DNA of 12,958 nt. It comes from Candidatus Hodarchaeum mangrovi. Its GTDB lineage: Archaea; Asgardarchaeota; Heimdallarchaeia; Hodarchaeales; Hodarchaeaceae. The notes under the pieces were generated by a model. The model did no database searches and was not told the DNA's origin. It was given only the letters and a program-made list of their open reading frames with translations. Position 1 is the first letter of the stretch. Each line of letters begins with the position of its first letter. The position numbers and the translations under genes are program-made. Location of the stretch: contig JAEOUE010000089.1 of the NCBI GenBank assembly GCA_016839515.1, positions 1 through 12,958 of the forward strand, given 5' to 3'. Positions 8,120 to 12,958 of the stretch are shown here, in pieces.

Positions 8120-9358
8120 TTACTCATCTATAATTGCTTCAATAATTTTGATTGTCTGCCAGACCTCATTATAGGTATTATAAAGAGCTATTGGTGCTAT
8201 CCTTATTATATTAGGTTTCCGAAAATCTGTGATTACATTTCGTTTCATAAGTTCTTGATTAATTTTATCTGCTTTCTCGTGTTCCAAAGCAACATGACCA
8301 GATCTGTGTTGAGGAACTCGGGGGGTTCCAATAGTAAAACCCTTCTTAACCAAAATTTCATCAGCTAAATAAATCAAATAATCAGTTAATTTTATTGATT
8401 TTTCTCTAATTTTCTCTATTCCCACCTCATGAAACATTTTCAATGAGCCTTCTAAACTAGCGGAGCAGAGAATGTTTGAACTGGAGATCTGCCAACCACC
8501 AGCATGTTTTTCATGCTCAAAATTTAATAACATGTCAAATTGTTTGCTTTTAACGTAACCAAACCAACCTGATAAACCAGGTTCCATATCAAAGTGTTTT
8601 TCATGGATAAATAGAAAAGCTGTTCCACCAGGACCACTATTTAAATACTTATAACTACACCAGATAGCAAAGTCAACTTCCCATTCATGTAATTTGTGAG
8701 GAACGACTCCTACAGAATGAGAACAATCAAATCCAATTGGAATTCCTCTTGCATGAGCTGCTTGGGTTAATTTTTCAATATCTAATAACTGACCACTTCG
8801 ATATAATACAGACGGTAATAATACAAGAGCAATATCAGAGTTCATATAATCGATGATTTGTTGTTCATCCAGCATTCTTCCGTCTAGACTAGGGACGAAA
8901 ACAAGGTGTTTGTCTGGAGAAAGGCCTTTAAGTTTAATTTGACTTTCTAAAGCATAAATATCTGTAGGAAAATTTAATTCATCAGCTAGGATCTTATTTC
9001 TTTCTCCAGAAGGTTGAAAAAATGCACTGACTAATGTATGAAGATTCAGAGTTGTTGTTCCAGTAGCTATAACTTCTCTTGCTTTTGCTCCCACTAAAGG
9101 GGCCATCAATTCTCCGAAATATTCCCCGTAATGCCACCAATCTGGGTTACCATAAAACCAACCATTTATACCTAGATTTTTCCATTCAGAGATTGTTTTT
9201 AGTAAGGATTCTTCAGCGGGTTTAGATAATAAACCTAATGAATTACCATCTAAATAAATAGTATCTTTTGGAATGTAAAATAACTTACGATAACTTTTAA
9301 GGGGATCTGAATTATCTAATTTTAGGGCTGTCTCATGATTAACTGTATAAGTATCCAT
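8120..9358 (-). CDS. kynU: Kynureninase (PLP-dependent)
   Basis: IYLDGNSLGL, LVGAK.REV, TTLNLH, NFPTDIY, VLYRSGQL, FDCSHSVG, PLP-Lys motif WCSYKYLNSGPG, GWFG, GWQISS and DFRKPNIIRIAPIALYN. RBS AAGGAG at 9370-9375 (- strand). Confidence 0.95.
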   Translation of the reverse strand: MDTYTVNHETALKLDNSDPLKSYRKLFYIPKDTIYLDGNSLGLLSKPAEESLLKTISEWKNLGINGWFYGNPDWWHYGEYFGELMAPLVGAKAREVIATGTTTLNLHTLVSAFFQPSGERNKILADELNFPTDIYALESQIKLKGLSPDKHLVFVPSLDGRMLDEQQIIDYMNSDIALVLLPSVLYRSGQLLDIEKLTQAAHARGIPIGFDCSHSVGVVPHKLHEWEVDFAIWCSYKYLNSGPGGTAFLFIHEKHFDMEPGLSGWFGYVKSKQFDMLLNFEHEKHAGGWQISSSNILCSASLEGSLKMFHEVGIEKIREKSIKLTDYLIYLADEILVKKGFTIGTPRVPQHRSGHVALEHEKADKINQELMKRNVITDFRKPNIIRIAPIALYNTYNEVWQTIKIIEAIIDE

Positions 9359-9440
9359 TCTTGAAGTTACTCCTTTAGCAGATGTGAAAAAATCGAATAT
9401 AAAAAATCCTTTACTATCTATTACAAAATGGTTTTTCTTT

Positions 9441-10610
9441 TTATTTTTCTTGTTTCAATCTTGTCTTTATAGAACCATCACGAATCCATTTATGAGCACG
9501 GAACACTTCTTTACCATATCTATCTGCAAGTTTATCAAGCGATCTTGTTAAATCCTTTAAATCCATCGATTCTATCAATTCAAATGGCCCCAGTGGATTA
9601 TGGTAATGAAGTTTCATACCTGTATTAATGTCCTGAATAGAAGTGATTTTTTCCTCAAAAACCTTCACAGCTTCATTAACTTGAACTTTCATTAAAAGCA
9701 TCAAATCAAAGTCAGCTGGATTGGATAAATCAATATTTGGTCTTTTTCCATCAGAACCCCATTTATATATTCCTTCTCCAGTCTTTCTGCCTAATTTTTT
9801 TTCCTGTACCAACTTTTTTAGCCTTGGGACTAGGTTATAATCTTCAGAAAGATGCTCAGCTAAATAATTTGAACTATCAAAAATAATATCAAGTCCCAGA
9901 TAATCCATAAGTTCAAAGGGACCCATAATCATTCCTTGATTTAATGCTGCTGCATCAATTTGAGTGGGTAAATACTCATCGCGGTCGAAAATTAATTGCA
10001 TCAATAACATAGAGGGAGCCATAATTCGATTACAAATGAATCCAGGACTATCCTTTGAGATAATGTATTCCTTTTTCGTTTTTTTCACAAAATCGATGGC
10101 AAATTCCATCGTTTTTTCAGATGTTTTTTTTCCTCTAACTATTTCAATAACTTTTGCAAGTGGAGGTGGAGTTGGAAAATGCAGTCCTATTATTTTGTCA
10201 GGACGTTTAGTGACTTCGCCAATCTTTGAAATGCTCATGGTTGATGTATTTGATGCAAGGATTGTATTTTGAGGAGAAAATCTATCTAACTTTTTAAAAA
10301 TCTCTTTTTTTAGATCTAATTTTTCGGGAACTGCTTCAATACAAAGGTCAGTCGCTTTGGCGGCAGCTTCAAGATCAATGGTGAGTGTGAGTTTTTCCAT
10401 ACACCTCCGATATTCATTCTTATTGATGGAAGACTTTTCCACAAATTTATTCAATGACCAATCAATTAAAGATTTAGCTTCTTCCAATATTTCATCGTTA
10501 AGATCACATAGGTAAACAGAATATCCAGACAGAAGTGCTACTTCTGCAATACCATGTCCCATATGACCTGCTCCTATAACTGCAATTTTCTTTGGTTTTT
10601 CTCCATTCAA
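9441..10610 (-). CDS. 3-hydroxyacyl-CoA dehydrogenase with duplicated C-terminal (3HCDH_C) domain, no hydratase domain
   Basis: VIGAGHMGHGIA Rossmann motif, IEAVPEKLDLKKEIF, LASNTST, catalytic His...Glu (GLHFPTPPPLAKVIEIV), DSPGFICNRI, MGPFELMDYLGLD, LGRKTGEGIY, and a second repeat VNEA...DINTGM...PLGPFEL. TTG start with an AGGTTGA RBS-like element upstream. Confidence 0.92.
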   Translation of the reverse strand: MNGEKPKKIAVIGAGHMGHGIAEVALLSGYSVYLCDLNDEILEEAKSLIDWSLNKFVEKSSINKNEYRRCMEKLTLTIDLEAAAKATDLCIEAVPEKLDLKKEIFKKLDRFSPQNTILASNTSTMSISKIGEVTKRPDKIIGLHFPTPPPLAKVIEIVRGKKTSEKTMEFAIDFVKKTKKEYIISKDSPGFICNRIMAPSMLLMQLIFDRDEYLPTQIDAAALNQGMIMGPFELMDYLGLDIIFDSSNYLAEHLSEDYNLVPRLKKLVQEKKLGRKTGEGIYKWGSDGKRPNIDLSNPADFDLMLLMKVQVNEAVKVFEEKITSIQDINTGMKLHYHNPLGPFELIESMDLKDLTRSLDKLADRYGKEVFRAHKWIRDGSIKTRLKQEK

Positions 10611-10965
10611 ATCAAACTCAACCTTTTTAGTAATTAGTGGATAAAATAAAGTACTGGAAAATAGGGAAAGAGGGTAACTAATCCCATATTAGCTTTCAAA
10701 TTAATAGATTTTTTGATCAAAATTGAGTTGATCTCATTTATACTTTTTCTTCTATCTCCTGTTATTAAAAAAGGATAAAAAGAACCCGAACTTAACTTAA
10801 AGTACACTATTGCACTAATGTGCTTAAAGAAATACACGCAGAAAATTTGTTAAGATATTTATCTATAAAAAAGTGTGGGAATTATGAGGACAACATCTAT
10901 GAAAATTATCAAACTTTAATTTTTTAGAAATCATCATCCCTTAGATTTCATTTTGTGAATTATTT

Positions 10966-10978
10966 GGAAATATATATA
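10966..10978 (+). promoter_or_regulatory. Putative archaeal BRE/TATA box for the 11001/11034 gene
   Basis: Purine-rich GGAAA (10966-10970) directly followed by TATATATA (10971-10978). With typical archaeal spacing the transcription start would fall near 11000. Confidence 0.5.
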
Positions 10979-11006
10979 TGAACATTCGAACTTTGTTCAT
11001 ATGAAC
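10976..11006. promoter_or_regulatory. Operator-like nested inverted/direct repeat (ATATGAAC / GTTCATAT)
   Basis: ATATGAACA (10976-10984) and TGTTCATAT (10994-11002) form a perfect 9-bp inverted repeat with a 9-bp spacer. GTTCATATGAAC (10995-11006) is a perfect 12-bp palindrome. ATATGAAC occurs directly repeated at 10976 and 10999. Confidence 0.55.
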
Positions 11007-12770
11007 GTTACTTTTTTTGGTGGAAATTTTGTTATGTCTAACTCTGACCACGACTGGTATTCATGGAAATCTGATCGCCGAAAAACCGAAATTGTCAAAC
11101 GTCGTATAGCTAAACATTCTTTTGCCCAAATTGCTCGAGATCTCCTAGGTGATGAGAAAAAGAAGCCAACCATCTGGTCATGGGCAAAACGTAACCTTAG
11201 TGAATCTGAAATGTATCCTACTATGCGTTCTCTCCCTCAGGATCCCTATAAAAATTTTTCTGAGGTTGAACAATGGGTTATGTATGATATTCTCTCTTCT
11301 ATGTTTCCTCGTTTGGACGCTATCTCCCAACACATCATATTCGAGGTACAAAAAATCTTAAATGAACAACAAAAGAGCTTTTCTCTTACTGCTGGATTTC
11401 TTGATGAATTAGAACAGCGGGTTATTGAAGCAATACGTCGAAACACAGCAGTTCTTACTACTAGAGTATCCACACCCATTTCTGTTGTACCATCTGTTCC
11501 ACCCTCAGCTATTCCAAGAGCTCCTTCAATTGGTGCTACTTCTCCTCCACCACCGCCCCCTGGTTCATTACTTAGTCAAACTGTTGTTTCTCCTGGTACT
11601 ATGAGTGAATTACGTACTGATTTTGAAGAGATGTCTTTAGATGAAATTAATTCTCTTCCTCCTGATTTCCTTGAAGCTTTATCTCCTCTAGATAGAAACC
11701 GACTTCAAAATCGTGTCAAAGAACTCCGAATGATTGAAAAAATGACTCCAGATGAACGAGAAGCTTATCTCTTAAAGAAAAAACAAGAAAAAGAACGTAC
11801 AGAAGCCCAAGAGGGCCTTGGTTCTTCATTATCTGCGATGTTAGATGATTCTGATTCTCTATTTGCACGAATGCGTCGTGCTGCTGACGATTCACAGGTT
11901 ACGGGTACTGGAACTTTTGGTAAATTCACTACTGAGTATATATATTTTTATTGTTTTTCCTGTGGCAAGATGAATAGGTCTGAAGAGGAATTTATTGACG
12001 GCTGTGAATATTGTGGGGCTGAGGCTGAACTACTTGTGCTAGATGATGAAAAATCTAACTATTCTTACTGGGAATGTCTATCATCAAAAGTTAAAGAGCC
12101 TGTAGATCATTCTTATACTCGTGGTAACCAAATAGCTATCCGTTCTCGATGGAAAACTCCTATTGATAAAGAAAATGATCTACATGGATGTGATAAAACC
12201 CAAATCAGAGAGATTACAAGTTCTGTTGAAATAAAAGCTGACCCTGACAAACAATTCTCTCATTATTTAACGCTTTTAAGACTTTATACTCAGTTACCGC
12301 TTCAAGGGGATCTAAAAACCTATCTATTTGATTTAAATAATGATATCCAAAAAATAGCTGACATTGACTCAAAAGAAATGGGGATAATCCAGACTTTAGC
12401 TATTCTTGAACAACTTCGTTTTTTAATTAACTGGATTAAATCACGAGATTTTTTGGATAATCACCCTACTCGTGAAGATATCATCAAGCAGTTCGAAAAT
12501 CTATTAAAAGACATGGATCAAATGATTAACCCAGAATCTCCCCAGGATCTTCATAAATCTAGTGATATCGGTCAAATTAGTGGTAAAACTGAACAAATTC
12601 TTAATAGATTTACCTCTATACTAATTTTACTTGAATCTGAACTTCTACTTCCTACAAAATGGAAGTGTGGTGAATGTAATACTATTTTTGAAGTAAGGGA
12701 TCGTTTTAGTATTCCTGACAGATGTGCTTCCTGTGGAAAAATAATTGCTCGCTTAGATCAAGTTAAATAA
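11001..12770 (+). CDS. Uncharacterised multidomain protein: putative N-terminal HTH, Pro-rich/polyproline linker, helical repeats/charged helix, two CxxC-CxxC zinc ribbons
   Basis: 589-aa ORF. The real start may be ATG 11034, which has GGTGGA at 11019-11024 upstream; the alternative is a leaderless start at 11001. HTH-like segment 11076-11198 (HSFAQIARDLLGDEKKKPTIWSWAKR), PPPPPP at 11544-11561, CFSC-x13-CEYC at 11952-12014, CGEC-x15-CASC at 12666-12734. Confidence 0.88.
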   Translation: MNVTFFGGNFVMSNSDHDWYSWKSDRRKTEIVKRRIAKHSFAQIARDLLGDEKKKPTIWSWAKRNLSESEMYPTMRSLPQDPYKNFSEVEQWVMYDILSSMFPRLDAISQHIIFEVQKILNEQQKSFSLTAGFLDELEQRVIEAIRRNTAVLTTRVSTPISVVPSVPPSAIPRAPSIGATSPPPPPPGSLLSQTVVSPGTMSELRTDFEEMSLDEINSLPPDFLEALSPLDRNRLQNRVKELRMIEKMTPDEREAYLLKKKQEKERTEAQEGLGSSLSAMLDDSDSLFARMRRAADDSQVTGTGTFGKFTTEYIYFYCFSCGKMNRSEEEFIDGCEYCGAEAELLVLDDEKSNYSYWECLSSKVKEPVDHSYTRGNQIAIRSRWKTPIDKENDLHGCDKTQIREITSSVEIKADPDKQFSHYLTLLRLYTQLPLQGDLKTYLFDLNNDIQKIADIDSKEMGIIQTLAILEQLRFLINWIKSRDFLDNHPTREDIIKQFENLLKDMDQMINPESPQDLHKSSDIGQISGKTEQILNRFTSILILLESELLLPTKWKCGECNTIFEVRDRFSIPDRCASCGKIIARLDQVK

Positions 12771-12823
12771 TTTAAGGAAAATCAACAATAGATGTACATC
12801 AGAATTAGTCTTTTTACCCAAAT

Positions 12824-12958
12824 TTAGGAGAGAATTTTCATATTTTCATTTGAATTTTTCAGTAGATAATTCCATATTGAGCTCCAAAAACTTGTTAAAT
12901 ATATTAGAAGTAAAACAGCTCCTAATACAAGGTGTATGGTACTGATTGCTTCTTCTCC
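12824..12958 (-). CDS. C-terminal fragment of a membrane protein (possibly EamA/DMT transporter), running in from the right edge
   Basis: The - strand frame from 12958 reads GEEAISTIHLVLGAVLLLIYLTSFWSSIWNYLLKNSNENMKILS* with the stop at 12824-12826. It contains one hydrophobic helix, and GE-x8-LGA-x-LL resembles the last helix of EamA/DMT proteins. It is not in the ORF track. Confidence 0.55.
   Translation of the reverse strand, partial: GEEAISTIHLVLGAVLLLIYLTSFWSSIWNYLLKNSNENMKILS

Noticed and set aside
9964-10272. 102-aa + strand ORF containing GGGVGKC (P-loop-like)
   Set aside because: Antisense to the dehydrogenase; the Gly run is just the reverse complement of the PTPPP codons.
10713-10823. 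Small inverted repeats GATCAA-N7-TTGATC (10715-10733) and GCAC-TAAT-GTGC (10812-10823)
   Set aside because: Arms of 4-6 bp are expected by chance in AT-rich DNA.
10634-10837. 67-aa - strand ORF in the divergent intergenic region
   Set aside because: GTG start, F/I/K-rich composition typical of translated AT-rich non-coding DNA, and no motif; cannot be supported.
10980-10998. Resemblance of the operator to a Gram-positive LexA box (GAAC-N4-GTTC) or a eukaryotic heat-shock element (GAAnnTTC at 10980-10987)
   Set aside because: The GAAC-GTTC spacing is N3, not N4, and the nGAAn units do not continue in register; no specific regulator is assigned.
11149-11479. Nested ORFs 11149-11361 (+) and 11246-11479 (-)
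   Set aside because: Both lie within the 589-aa ORF with no independent support.
11001-12770. HTH plus Zn-ribbon protein as a transposase or mobile element
   Set aside because: No recognisable DDE, HUH or RuvC catalytic motifs, and no terminal inverted repeats or target duplications seen flanking the gene.
1-12958. CRISPR arrays, rRNA/tRNA genes, long tandem repeats
   Set aside because: None seen by eye; nearly all sequence is explained by CDS and short AT-rich spacers. A covariance-model scan was not run.

Overview
AT-rich, gene-dense prokaryotic window with archaeal signals (GGTG/GGAG-type RBSs, TATA-like boxes). Gene content points by inference to an Asgard archaeon, probably Heimdallarchaeia-like: a Rab-like small GTPase without a prenylation motif, a kynureninase and a tungsten AOR. 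In order: a tightly packed + strand cluster (5'-truncated uncharacterised protein, class I PLP aminotransferase, homoserine dehydrogenase, aldehyde:ferredoxin oxidoreductase); then cysS (-), an 84-aa protein that looks PC4/PUR-like (-), a Rab-like GTPase with a deviant G4 box (+), kynU (-) and a 3-hydroxyacyl-CoA dehydrogenase (-); a ~580-aa orphan multidomain protein (+); and the tail of a membrane protein at the right edge (-). The orphan combines a putative HTH, a polyproline tract, short helical repeats and two or three zinc ribbons, and has a palindromic operator-like element just behind its TATA box. The best candidates for new biology are this protein with its operator, and the possible homoserine/aspartate-semialdehyde redox pathway using AOR. 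I saw no rRNA, tRNA, CRISPR array or mobile element. All calls are by-eye motif recognition; no searches were run.
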